From a virus (Duplodnaviria; Caudoviricetes): a DNA stretch of 51,430 bases. The notes beneath the pieces were generated by a model. It saw only the letters and a program-made list of their open reading frames with translations, searched no databases and had not been told where the DNA came from. The translations under genes were made by a program, and so were the position numbers. Position 1 is the first letter of the stretch. The number at the start of each line of letters is the position of its first letter. This document shows positions 35,464-45,233 of the stretch, piece after piece. The stretch is taken from IMG/VR virus record IMGVR_UViG_3300046059_000057, positions 1-51,430 of that record. One strand, given 5' to 3'.

Positions 35464-37626
35464 TCAGTCGACGTTACACCGCCCCTCCGACCGATGCCTC
35501 CGCCATTCCGTCATGGTTACATAACCCGTCGAACAATCGGAGCAGTAATACATCCCACGGGATTCTTCGACGTTCTTGATATGCGATAACACTTCGTTTA
35601 AGACTTCGGATATACGGTATTCCGTTGAGATTTCGGTGACTTCTTCATGTAAACCGAAGTACGTCACCATTGACGGCACGATACAAACGTGTTTTTCTCC
35701 TTGTCCGGCGCCTCGAAGCATCATATTGTGAACTTCGATCTCCTTCGAGTACCGTCGCATATCCCGACATTTCTCCGTTGTTCCGTCGGTTCTATCATTC
35801 GCTTGATAGTCCCATACACCCGCTTGAAAGTCCGTGCTACGGACGATTGTTACGTTCGTCGGTAAGTCGATTCCCCGGCTTATCCTACTACCGGGATAGG
35901 AGGTTATTGCATACCCTATACCGGCGACATCGTCGTAATGACTGCGTTCCGCATTCGAATTAAAGAAATAAGATGCCGGTCCTAACCGTTGATGAGTCTT
36001 CTCCGCACGTAACCCGGAGCCTGCGAAAATCGGATGCGGGATACGTTCCTCCGCCAACTTCTTTGAAACATCCGTCATAAACCGCCGTCTTTCGTATTCA
36101 TCACCGTCGTCACACGCTACCATGAGAATCTTCAAATCCTCGAGGTCGGTATCCTCCGCCCCAAGGTCCTTATACTCCGCCGGTTTATCGTATTTACTGG
36201 CGAAGTCCTTAGCCATAAGGTCCCCGACGAGCCAGACGTTCTCCGCGTTTTCAAACGCTTCCTTATTCACGAGAAAATCGGAGGTCGGGTCGGGAATAAC
36301 CCGGACATCGTATTTCTCTCCTGATTGAATGACTTGGATTTCGGGGTTAAAAAACGCTGCTTCAAGCGCTTGTGAAGCGCTGAACCGGTGGTAGTCCATC
36401 CGTATTCTGTCAAACGTAGCCGACTGCTCTGAAACCGGTCCTTCGAAGTCTATTTGACCGGGTTCTATATCCCGGAGGTATTCTATGTAACCGTCGGTTT
36501 CCGGGCCGTCGGCAAAGTCGTAGTCAATCGCCGTTTGAACGAGTTCATCAAGCCATTCACACGCGTTCTTAACGTTCCGGTATCTCGATGCAACGCGTTC
36601 TAACTCATCGATTTTATTCTGCTCACGGCTAAGAACGTTACTAACGTTCTCCTCCGTGACTTTCAAATCGACGGTGAAAGCCGGTCCAACCAATGAATTC
36701 GACGGATGAATCTCCGCCAGCTTAAAGCCTGAAGGCCGGAAGTATCCCTGCGTTGATTCCTCGTCTATTATCACTTGGTACCGTTCAGGAAACGTTGAAC
36801 TACCCGTTATCCGGTAGAACATCTGAGCGACGCAAACGATCGTGTCAGCGTGCTCCATCGCGAACTTCGAGGCATAATAAGCACAAGCGTCTTTACTCCG
36901 GAAACTCGACGGTTGAACAACGTCATTCTTCGCCGCTACGTCCCTCGCAGCATTCTTTATCCGATTGAACGCAGAACCGCCGAGCTCGTGGTCACATTCG
37001 TCGGAACAGTATTCCGTTGCACGGTCCTTACCCTTCGGGATAACGACGGTATCCGGAGAAACGCCATATTTACCGCCACTTAAGTGATTACCGACGGTTT
37101 CGTCAATTTGCTCGTAATTATTGTCAATAATAATCGGAACACCGCCGGAGCCATCGGTGTAACTTTCGAACGCCGCATTTATACCTTTCGTAGTCTTTCG
37201 GCTGAAACGCGGCGGACCATCGATGATATGAGTATGCCTACGGGTATGAAAGTCTTCACCGTCTTTAAGGTCTGTAACACCGAACCCACCGGTTTTACCT
37301 ATCCGACGTTCAAACGCTTCATTAAACACTTCATCGATTTCGTTGATAGAGTCGGTGATATACAGAATCGGTGCCCCTTTGTAAACGAATAAGTGGATGT
37401 AATACGGCTTTCCCTCCGATGTATCGATGATTGGGTATCCGCGTTTGTTCGCGTAGTCAATGTGTCGAAATGGCGAGTTAGTATTTACGAGCTCTATCCG
37501 GTCGAAAAAGGTTTCAACATCCGATATAAAACGTTCTTCGAAGTCGATTTTCACCGTTTCTTCGTCAACTGGACCGTTTTCCTCAAGCCACCGGTCACTC
37601 GCCGACTGAAGCTTCTCCACCGTCAT
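35464..37626 (-). CDS. Divergent SF2 (DinG/XPD-like) helicase-like replication protein
   Basis: CAYY...ADTIVC, VIIDEES and ISRGIDLP motifs; atypical Walker A GPPRFSRKTT; C-terminal C2H2-like finger. Confidence 0.6.
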   Translation of the reverse strand: MTVEKLQSASDRWLEENGPVDEETVKIDFEERFISDVETFFDRIELVNTNSPFRHIDYANKRGYPIIDTSEGKPYYIHLFVYKGAPILYITDSINEIDEVFNEAFERRIGKTGGFGVTDLKDGEDFHTRRHTHIIDGPPRFSRKTTKGINAAFESYTDGSGGVPIIIDNNYEQIDETVGNHLSGGKYGVSPDTVVIPKGKDRATEYCSDECDHELGGSAFNRIKNAARDVAAKNDVVQPSSFRSKDACAYYASKFAMEHADTIVCVAQMFYRITGSSTFPERYQVIIDEESTQGYFRPSGFKLAEIHPSNSLVGPAFTVDLKVTEENVSNVLSREQNKIDELERVASRYRNVKNACEWLDELVQTAIDYDFADGPETDGYIEYLRDIEPGQIDFEGPVSEQSATFDRIRMDYHRFSASQALEAAFFNPEIQVIQSGEKYDVRVIPDPTSDFLVNKEAFENAENVWLVGDLMAKDFASKYDKPAEYKDLGAEDTDLEDLKILMVACDDGDEYERRRFMTDVSKKLAEERIPHPIFAGSGLRAEKTHQRLGPASYFFNSNAERSHYDDVAGIGYAITSYPGSRISRGIDLPTNVTIVRSTDFQAGVWDYQANDRTDGTTEKCRDMRRYSKEIEVHNMMLRGAGQGEKHVCIVPSMVTYFGLHEEVTEISTEYRISEVLNEVLSHIKNVEESRGMYYCSDCSTGYVTMTEWRRHRSEGRCNVD

Positions 37627-37675
37627 TAACGAACCTCGGTTTTTCGGGGACCGGAATTCCGGTGGTTATTCGAAA

Positions 37676-38689
37676 TTACCGCCATAGAGTCACCCCGCTG
37701 AACGGATGTCGTCTTCCGCATTCAAACGGACAGAGGTCATTTTCTTGTACGGTTTCACACGATATAACGTCATCATCCGTTACGAAACCGTTATTCCGTG
37801 CGTACTGTTTAATCTCGCCCATTGGCGTATATCCGACCGCCCAATCGCCGCAGTTTATAATGCCGGCTTTAACGCCGATGAGGTGGTAAGCGTTACCGGT
37901 TTCCGAATGTCGCCAACACCGGAACGTTTCCCCGCCTTCGTCGACCCGGAAGTTAGAACCTGTAGATGACGGTGAATCGTGGAGAAAATTCGGTGCCGAG
38001 ACGTTGGAACCTTCGGGAAACCGTGACTTGTCAAGAACACGGTAAACCGAAATCTCATCAACTTCACCGTGCTTCGCTCCCGAGACTAATTTGTCAGCGA
38101 ATTCTGTGTCGACATCGACTGCATTAGCGAGACATGGCGGGGAAGTCTTTGCGTGTATCCCGTCGGTTGCACCGGAGTTAACGATGGTTCCTTGGGTATG
38201 CTTTACTCCAAACGACCGGAAAACCGGTAACTCACGTAGTAATTCCGTTGAAACCTTCGTCGGTTTAACGTCGTTTTGGACAGTATACTCGTTGGTTGGC
38301 CGCGCTAAGGCATACCCCCGGGCAACGTCGCCCTTAAGGTCTACATTATCGATTACGTGAGACGTGTTATCGAATTCAGCATCCGTACGAAGATAAACGT
38401 GCAACCCACCTGACGGCGTTTTTACAATACGGGTGTCGTCGAGTAAACCGTACCATCCGTACTCAACGCTCGCTTTTTCCGCATCCGTCATCTTGTATAA
38501 ATCAATATCGATGACAAGTAAATCCGACGTCTTATTACCCACAACCGCCCACCAATCGTGCTTTGAATCCTTAACTTCGACGGACTCAACAACGAAGGCT
38601 TCCGTGGGATCGACCGGCCAACCCCCGAATTCGGCAACCGGTCGTTTTGACTCCGGTTGAACCGGAATGTAGTAATATGAGTCCGTCAC
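37676..38689 (-). CDS. Primase-polymerase (AEP, Prim-Pol family)
   Basis: LLVIDIDL and TPSGGLHVY motifs. Confidence 0.85.
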   Translation of the reverse strand: MTDSYYYIPVQPESKRPVAEFGGWPVDPTEAFVVESVEVKDSKHDWWAVVGNKTSDLLVIDIDLYKMTDAEKASVEYGWYGLLDDTRIVKTPSGGLHVYLRTDAEFDNTSHVIDNVDLKGDVARGYALARPTNEYTVQNDVKPTKVSTELLRELPVFRSFGVKHTQGTIVNSGATDGIHAKTSPPCLANAVDVDTEFADKLVSGAKHGEVDEISVYRVLDKSRFPEGSNVSAPNFLHDSPSSTGSNFRVDEGGETFRCWRHSETGNAYHLIGVKAGIINCGDWAVGYTPMGEIKQYARNNGFVTDDDVISCETVQENDLCPFECGRRHPFSGVTLWR

Positions 38690-39044
38690 GTTTCGTGTGT
38701 ATTCCTGTTTTTCGGTTTTCTTGAACCCGTCATCTGTCGGTGTTTCAGTATATAGGGCCGCGGTAGTAATAAAACTACTTCCGGTTTCAAATTCAGGTGC
38801 CGGTTTACCGGTGTCTGACTGACGCTATATACCGGCTGCTAAACGGGAACCGGAAACCCGAAATACCAAAATTATTCGTATATCGCCGTGTCGTCCGCCG
38901 TTATTCCGATCTCCGAACGGTTCATGGACACCTTTATTACCCTCCCCGGTGAACGTTTACCCGGAGGTAAAACGACATACTTCGGACGGAAGACGGGTGA
39001 ACAACGCATTGATCGATAACTAATAACCGAAAAACCGATAAAAC

Positions 39045-39905
39045 ATGAACGACATCGACGACCTACTCGACGACCGAATGAGCGGAACAACCGGCGATTA
39101 TCCCCCGTGGTTCGACGAAGAGGGAACGGAGCTTGGGGAACCCCCGATAACCGACGAAGGCAGCGTCTTGCAGGGCCGTGTGACGAAGATTCGTGACGAC
39201 CCGTTTTACGACCCTTCGGAGGAGAATGAACCGAAACCGATTCTTCACGTTGAGCAGGATTCTGGCGACGAATGGTCGACGCGTACTCACGTTACACTCG
39301 TTCAGTTAATCCGTGAGCAAGACCCTGAAGTCGGCGATCTTATCCGGATTCAGTACGACGGTTCCTTTAAGACGGATAATGGGCAGATGGCAAACGATTA
39401 CCAACTCGGTGTTGTCCGTTCGGAGGAACTTGAAGACGTCGAACAGGAAGCGGCTTCTGACGGAGGTACGACGACTGAAACGTCGGGGGCTTCTACTCCG
39501 GAGGACGGAGGTACGGACGTTGATATGTCGGAGCAAACGGTGTCCGACATTGAGGCGCTTGTGTCTACGATTGACGACGTGGATAAGTTGAATCAGATGG
39601 CTGCCGCGGAGATGGCGGGTAAGGACCGGAAGACGGCGAAGGCTCAAATCCAGAACCGGTTGGACGAACTCGGAGAAACCGATGAACCGGAGGACGATTC
39701 CGGTGGTACGGATGATGACGACCCGGAGGTACCGGGTGATGTAACCGAGTTTACGGAGTCTCTAATGTCGTTCCACGGCGAACTTACATTCGACGAGTTA
39801 GACGAGTATCTGAACGATACCCGGGATTTCGACATCAAACCATCCGTTGTGGCGGAGGCCTTAGACGACGTGGAAGTTGACGATAACGTAGTTAGACAAG
39901 CTTAG
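39045..39905 (+). CDS. Putative OB-fold ssDNA-binding protein with acidic extensions
   Basis: G.VLQGRV...EVGDLIRIQYDG pattern; heads the replication operon. Confidence 0.55.
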   Translation: MNDIDDLLDDRMSGTTGDYPPWFDEEGTELGEPPITDEGSVLQGRVTKIRDDPFYDPSEENEPKPILHVEQDSGDEWSTRTHVTLVQLIREQDPEVGDLIRIQYDGSFKTDNGQMANDYQLGVVRSEELEDVEQEAASDGGTTTETSGASTPEDGGTDVDMSEQTVSDIEALVSTIDDVDKLNQMAAAEMAGKDRKTAKAQIQNRLDELGETDEPEDDSGGTDDDDPEVPGDVTEFTESLMSFHGELTFDELDEYLNDTRDFDIKPSVVAEALDDVEVDDNVVRQA

Positions 39906-40436
39906 ATGACGGTTTACTACGTGGATGGGCCAGACGGAACAGGAAAAACCGGGTACAGTCGCTACTTAAGCGATTATACCGGGTATCCCCGTCTTGAAAT
40001 GAGACCGGTGGATAGCACGGACGACATTGAGGGTAAGTCCGCGGTGTTTAACGCCGTTATTCGTGACTTGTACGACCAAGGCACCGACCTCGTTGTGGAT
40101 AGAGGGTCAACGTCGAGTATCGTCTATTCGAGGGTGTTTGACCGTGGGAAACCGGAGCACGCTTGGGAAACGCTGAACCACGTTGAACCCGTGGTCTTCT
40201 ATCTCCGGTGTAACCCCGACGAGTTAGCGGTCAGATACGGTAATAATGACGAGTTATTCTCCCCCGACGAGATAAGGGCTGTCGCCGCTACTTACGACGA
40301 CGTTATGTCGGAGGTACAGGATTCAACGCCGGTAGACGTTGTTGAAATCGATACGACGGTATCCGTAACGGAAAAGCTTGAGAAAGCGGTTTTCGGCGAA
40401 GGGGTCGATGACCGGAGGACCGCTGACTGTGTATAG
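39906..40436 (+). CDS. Thymidylate-kinase-like dNMP kinase
   Basis: P-loop DGPDGTGKT and VVDRG. Confidence 0.8.
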   Translation: MTVYYVDGPDGTGKTGYSRYLSDYTGYPRLEMRPVDSTDDIEGKSAVFNAVIRDLYDQGTDLVVDRGSTSSIVYSRVFDRGKPEHAWETLNHVEPVVFYLRCNPDELAVRYGNNDELFSPDEIRAVAATYDDVMSEVQDSTPVDVVEIDTTVSVTEKLEKAVFGEGVDDRRTADCV

Positions 40437-40469
40437 AATGATCGCGTGTACGCGTTCGGAGGGTAAGGT

Positions 40470-41345
40470 ATGAAGTATGTTCTTGGAGGCGGTTTAAGCG
40501 GTCTCGTTGCGGCTTACTATAACCCGGAGTATACCGTTGTTTCTCCGGAGTTTGGTGGTTTTATTGATAGTAAATACGGACGGGCATTCGTTGTTCTCCA
40601 CGCTACACCGGCGATGCGTGAGTTATTCGGGGAACTTGACGTACCGGTGTTTGAAAAACGAATACAGATCGGTTACTACGACGGTTCGAAGCTTCAAACA
40701 GAATGGTCGTCAGATGACGAGGAAAAAAGCTTCGCCCGACGGTATACCGAAGATAAGCTTCCTCCGGAGTTTCAACCGGGTAAAGACCTTGAACTGTCGG
40801 CTCCCGGTGACGAGTGGGAGGCTTTATTCGTTGATTCCTCGATCGTGGATGCGTTGGCTGAACACGTCAGAAGTCGTCGTAAAGCCTTCGTTGAATCCAT
40901 CAGTTTCGATGAAATCCGGTTTGAATCCGGTGAAACGGTGGATTGGAGTAAGATAGTTTCAACGTTGCCAGCTACGGCATTCCGACGGCTTACCGACGTC
41001 GGTTGGTCGTTGGAGCATGAGCCAACGACGTACGCTGAGCTACCGAGGGAGAAGGTTCCAGATCGGTATTTCGAGGAACCGTGGAATCTGCTCTATACAG
41101 TCGATTCCGGCGTGGAATACCATCGGGTTGCGCAGAAAATTCATAGTAGACCTTATTAAGTCGAAAGTAACGGATAAAACCCTGTATAAGGTTATACAGC
41201 CAGAAATACGAATCCTATTGGTGTTATCAAAGACGAAGGCTTAAAGCCTCCCTACGACGGTGTAACGTTTCTCGGGAGGTACGCCGAATGGTCACATGAT
41301 GTACGTATAGATGACGTTGTTGAACGAGCGAAGGTGGAACTATGA
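40470..41345 (+). pseudogene. FAD-dependent oxidoreductase interrupted by three in-frame TAA codons
   Basis: N-terminal GGGLSG; the same frame resumes after stops at 41157, 41175 and 41187 and encodes GVTFLGRYAEW...VEL* to 41345. Confidence 0.65.
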
Positions 41346-41533
41346 GGTGCCGGGAATGCGGTGATTCGGTTGTTGTTTCAACGGAATTCGAATTCGTCGT
41401 TCAGTCACCGGATCGGTGGCGGTTGATAGAGTATAAAATCGCGGAATGCGGTTGTACGACAACGGTTATCGATCGTACAGGGCACCGGTTGAGCGCATTA
41501 CCGAACGCTTGGACGACGACGGAGGAACCATGA
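41342..41533 (+). CDS. Zinc-finger microprotein
   Basis: CREC...ECGC. Confidence 0.55.
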   Translation: MRCRECGDSVVVSTEFEFVVQSPDRWRLIEYKIAECGCTTTVIDRTGHRLSALPNAWTTTEEP

Positions 41534-41868
41534 AACTCGAAGACATGATTCAGGAACAGTACGACTTTCAGCGGGAGTACGCCTTCGACCCCGACGGTTT
41601 AACGATGGAGGAAAGGGAGCGATGGCTCGAGAAATTCGTGGTTCATACGACCGATCAGTCGATGTCGGTTTTGCACGAACTCAATTGGAAGGACCACGAA
41701 CCTAACGAACCGGTGGATTACGATCAAGCAACGGAGGAAATCGTAGATACATTAAAATATGTTTTTAATATGGCCGTGGTTTTAAACGTGACTCCGGAGG
41801 AGCTTGAAGCGGAATTCCGGAGGCGGAGTAAAGAGGTTCGGAACCGGCAGGAATCAACCGATGGTTAG
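41530..41868 (+). CDS. Dimeric dUTPase/MazG-like dNTP pyrophosphatase
   Basis: Q..FQ, ELNWKDH and EEIVDTLKY motifs; GGAGG SD. Confidence 0.7.
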   Translation: MKLEDMIQEQYDFQREYAFDPDGLTMEERERWLEKFVVHTTDQSMSVLHELNWKDHEPNEPVDYDQATEEIVDTLKYVFNMAVVLNVTPEELEAEFRRRSKEVRNRQESTDG

Positions 41869-41992
41869 TTGCCCGGACTGCGGTACTTCCAACGTTCGTG
41901 AGTGGACGTACGATCCGGTTGGTAAGCCGGATACCGTACGGATAATCGATTGTAACGAGTGCTATGGAACGTTCAAACATGAAAAACGATAA
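41861..41992 (+). CDS. Zinc-finger microprotein (CPDCG...CNEC)
   Basis: Two CxxC pairs. Confidence 0.6.
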   Translation: MVSCPDCGTSNVREWTYDPVGKPDTVRIIDCNECYGTFKHEKR

Positions 41993-42815
41993 AATCGAGC
42001 TTAAAGACGTAAGACAGGCGTTGCTTAGAACCGACGAATATAAGCACCGTGTAGCATGGTACAAACGGCGGAAGCTTGAAGAAATACGCGATATCGGCCT
42101 CGAGATCGTTGCAGGCGTTAGTTTAGAGAACCCCGGTGAATTGAACGAAGAGGTATTCTCCGAGGACTTCTGGCGTCGGAAGACGCGGGATTTATGGTAT
42201 CGGGAATCACCGGATTCACCCACGGAGATATTCGAATGGTACGGTTCTCATAAGGCATATCTCGTTGAGAATATGATACGGCAAGCCGAAGTCGTGGACG
42301 TTATACGGCAATGCCACCGGTGGCTTCGTGAATACGACGTTGATAGTATCTTAGACTACGGTGGAGGCGTCGGTGACTTTTCTCTGTATCACGCCGTACA
42401 GGGATACGATGTCGTATATGCTGATGTCGAGGGCTCGTTCCCTTGGTTCGTCGGGGAACGCCTGAATCAACGACCGGAAGTTGACGTTTCCGTGGCTGAA
42501 ATAACCGGTCCACGTGAAACTCCATCAGACGTAGTTACCAACGTAGACGCGGCGATTTGCCTCGAAGTCATTGAACACCTTCCGCACGTACAGACGGTCA
42601 TCGACGGTTTTTCCGAGGTTATTAATTCTGACGGTTTACTTATTACAAGTTGGACGTTTGAAGACTGGCGCGATGACCCAGACGACGTTTACACGCCGTG
42701 TCACATAAATACCGGTCGGGATAACAGCCGCGAGGTCCGTGAGTATATGGAGTTATACTTCGAAGAAGTCGAGCACACGTGGAATGCGCAAGAGAGACTA
42801 TGGAGGCGGAAATGA
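41979..42815 (+). CDS. Class I SAM-dependent methyltransferase
   Basis: ILDYGGGVG motif I; CLEVIEHL. Confidence 0.8.
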   Translation: MKNDKIELKDVRQALLRTDEYKHRVAWYKRRKLEEIRDIGLEIVAGVSLENPGELNEEVFSEDFWRRKTRDLWYRESPDSPTEIFEWYGSHKAYLVENMIRQAEVVDVIRQCHRWLREYDVDSILDYGGGVGDFSLYHAVQGYDVVYADVEGSFPWFVGERLNQRPEVDVSVAEITGPRETPSDVVTNVDAAICLEVIEHLPHVQTVIDGFSEVINSDGLLITSWTFEDWRDDPDDVYTPCHINTGRDNSREVREYMELYFEEVEHTWNAQERLWRRK

Positions 42816-43312
42816 CGGAATACAAGCAAACCGTCGGTAGATGTAAAGGTTGTTCGGAGAACCGTCGGTACATAGCACCGTGGGGGGACACGGATTCATC
42901 CACCGGTATCGTCGGTACTCAACCGGGGGACCAACACCCCGAAGAATCCGAATGTGTATTCGGTTTAGACCTCGGTTATACCGCTTGGAGCGGTGAAGTT
43001 CTCGAAGACGTTTTCGAGGAGTTAGACTACGAAATGTCGGGGTATTACTGGACGAATGCTATCAAGTGTGTTGAAGCCGACGGGAACACGTGCGGAGACC
43101 TGCTTAAACGTGAATTATCAACGTTTTCGAAAATCCTCCTATTGGGGAACGATACCGTTGATACAGCCCCCGGGTTACCGGGTTCCGACGTCTATAAACT
43201 CTGGCACCCCGCTTACGTACACCGGAACCGTCGGAAATTTGATGCTTACGTACGTCGATGGAGGGACGTGTTAACCGAAGAGTCACCGTCTACACTATCG
43301 GACTTCGCTTGA
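42812..43312 (+). CDS. Uracil-DNA glycosylase superfamily (family 4-like) protein
   Basis: CKGC, VGTQPG, WTNAIKC, LLLG and WHPAY motifs. Confidence 0.75.
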   Translation: MTEYKQTVGRCKGCSENRRYIAPWGDTDSSTGIVGTQPGDQHPEESECVFGLDLGYTAWSGEVLEDVFEELDYEMSGYYWTNAIKCVEADGNTCGDLLKRELSTFSKILLLGNDTVDTAPGLPGSDVYKLWHPAYVHRNRRKFDAYVRRWRDVLTEESPSTLSDFA

Positions 43313-43367
43313 CTGGTGTGCCCTCCGGTTTTCCGGAGGCTACGGGGTTCGATTCCCCGGAAGCGAT
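43305..43367 (+). ncRNA. tRNA-like mini-element D
   Basis: TCGCTT/AAGCGA acceptor-like stem; T-arm CGGGG-TTCGATT-CCCCG; internal CCTCCGG/CCGGAGG hairpin. Confidence 0.55.
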
Positions 43368-43395
43368 TGGGTAGCGACCAACCGCTGTGAGACTG

Positions 43396-44376
43396 ATGCC
43401 AAGCGTACAAGACACGCAAACCGGGGATAAAGACCCCGGTACGACGGAAGAACGGATAACTGACCAACCGCCGGTTTGGCGGGATGTTGAATGGACGGCG
43501 TTCGACGATGAGAGCACGGAATCCGCGAACCGAAATCAAAACGCTGATTCCGTGGGTGAGATACTGCCTGAACCGGTTATGGACGGCGAGGACGCTGACC
43601 CGACGGTTATCCCGGAGAAGTCTGTAACCGTTGAACTTGTGTCTGCGCCGGATTGGGAGGAAGTCCGGCGGGTTCTCGTGGATTCAGCAGTCGCCGCTTT
43701 CGGGTATGAACCAAATAAGTTCGACCGGTTGAGCGAAGAGGGTAGGGATAGGTTAGTCGAGGAGATAATCTCCGGTGGGGCGTTGCCTAACAGCCTCGAA
43801 GGCGTAAAGTATGTATTCTACGTTAAAAACATCTCTAAAACGATTCTGGCGCAGATAACACGGCACCGGATAGGCGTGTCATTTACATCGGTAACATCCG
43901 GTAACTTCGATCAGCGAAAAACGCCGTACATATTACCTGACGGCGTCAAGAATGCCGGGCACGAGGAAACCTTCGTAGAAACCGCTGAAAAGGCGTATGA
44001 AGCCTACGCTGAAATGGTCGACGACGGTGTTCCGTTGGAATGTGCCCGGGATATTCTACCCGGTGCCCTTCGGAATTACCACGTATTCACGGCGAATTAT
44101 CGTGCCCTTGAAACTATCTTCGGAATCCGGTCAGTAGAGCCGCAGCAACCTGTGGTATGGAAGTATCTTCTTGATAGCATACGGGAGGAGATTCGTACGG
44201 TTCACCCTGTATTAGCCGAAGAGCTGACGTATCATAATTCGTGGGAATCGTACCCTATGGACCTTGAATGGTCGAATTACGCTCAATTTCGGCACCCCGA
44301 AGCACCGGAGGGTTCAGACGCCGATAAACCGAATAACTTTATTTACGACGACGACCCACGGAGGCTTCGAGAATGA
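43396..44376 (+). CDS. thyX: Flavin-dependent thymidylate synthase (divergent)
   Basis: QITRHR...S, Y..MVDDGVPLECARDILP and NYRAL motifs; exact start uncertain. Confidence 0.8.
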   Translation: MPSVQDTQTGDKDPGTTEERITDQPPVWRDVEWTAFDDESTESANRNQNADSVGEILPEPVMDGEDADPTVIPEKSVTVELVSAPDWEEVRRVLVDSAVAAFGYEPNKFDRLSEEGRDRLVEEIISGGALPNSLEGVKYVFYVKNISKTILAQITRHRIGVSFTSVTSGNFDQRKTPYILPDGVKNAGHEETFVETAEKAYEAYAEMVDDGVPLECARDILPGALRNYHVFTANYRALETIFGIRSVEPQQPVVWKYLLDSIREEIRTVHPVLAEELTYHNSWESYPMDLEWSNYAQFRHPEAPEGSDADKPNNFIYDDDPRRLRE

Positions 44377-44582
44377 ACACGATTCAACTAACCGCCGATG
44401 ATATGACGTTTGGGCTGTTCAACGCCGTGGTATTCGCGGTTACATCAGTAGTCGTGCTATTCCCGATAGTAGGCCGAGGGCTACCGGTTTACGCGTATGG
44501 TTTCCTCGCCGTTACAACCGCTATCGTCGGGTTTGGCACCGGTGTAGTGATAGCCACAGGAGCGGTGTTAGCCGTAGAATGA
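44373..44582 (+). CDS. Small two-TM membrane protein
   Basis: Hydrophobic 69 aa. Confidence 0.6.
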   Translation: MNTIQLTADDMTFGLFNAVVFAVTSVVVLFPIVGRGLPVYAYGFLAVTTAIVGFGTGVVIATGAVLAVE

Positions 44583-44827
44583 GCCATTTCCCCGACGAAG
44601 TAAAAGATGACCCGGTTGATCGGTTGCAGAAAGCTCAATGCGTCGACTGTAACCGGCGTGCAGACCTCGTGGATCGTGAGCGAATCGACTATTGGCTCAC
44701 ATACGCATTTGAAGCCGGTCATAGCGGTGAAGAAACGTATGCATGGTTCCGCCACGATAAAGACTGGCGGTGCTTTGATTGTGCAACGGAGTTTTACCCG
44801 CCGGAGTACGATGATAGTAACGGATAA
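44579..44827 (+). CDS. Zinc-finger protein (CVDC...CFDC)
   Basis: Two CxxC pairs. Confidence 0.65.
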   Translation: MSHFPDEVKDDPVDRLQKAQCVDCNRRADLVDRERIDYWLTYAFEAGHSGEETYAWFRHDKDWRCFDCATEFYPPEYDDSNG

Positions 44828-45233
44828 TCGCCTGAATAGGGAACTGACGGAGACGATCGCTCAAACGACGACGTTAACCGAACGTGACCTACGTAGTTTT
44901 CGTGGTGTTCCAATTGATGACGCCGATCATGAGTATTACGATGGTAAAATCGATGAAGTCGTTGAAAAGCTACGGGAGAATGAAACGACGCGTAGAGCGG
45001 TTATGCTTGCGGATTACCCGGAGATGTGTATGATTGGCGTGCACGTGCTCGTTCGGGAGCGTATTCACGTTTTATCGTGGCTTAGAGCGTCAGATATTGA
45101 CGAATACAGGGATGAAGACCTCGGTTTCCTGTATTACGTAGGACGGAGAATTCGTAAGGAATTGGGTAATAACAAGCGAATCATGGTGCACGTCTTTACG
45201 TCGTCACTTCATTCGGAGGTAAGTAATTCATGA
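44811..45233 (+). CDS. Minimal ThyA/dCMP-hydroxymethylase-fold protein
   Basis: TRRAVM...EMC, LRASD and SSLH motifs in a 140-aa ORF. Confidence 0.6.
   Translation: MIVTDNRLNRELTETIAQTTTLTERDLRSFRGVPIDDADHEYYDGKIDEVVEKLRENETTRRAVMLADYPEMCMIGVHVLVRERIHVLSWLRASDIDEYRDEDLGFLYYVGRRIRKELGNNKRIMVHVFTSSLHSEVSNS

Noticed and set aside
11857-38660. Numerous + strand ORFs over the structural and replication genes
   Set aside because: Antisense shadows of long acidic minus-strand genes; non-acidic and motif-free
41157-41189. Genome-wide TAA reassignment
   Set aside because: TAA terminates many clearly bounded genes elsewhere in the window
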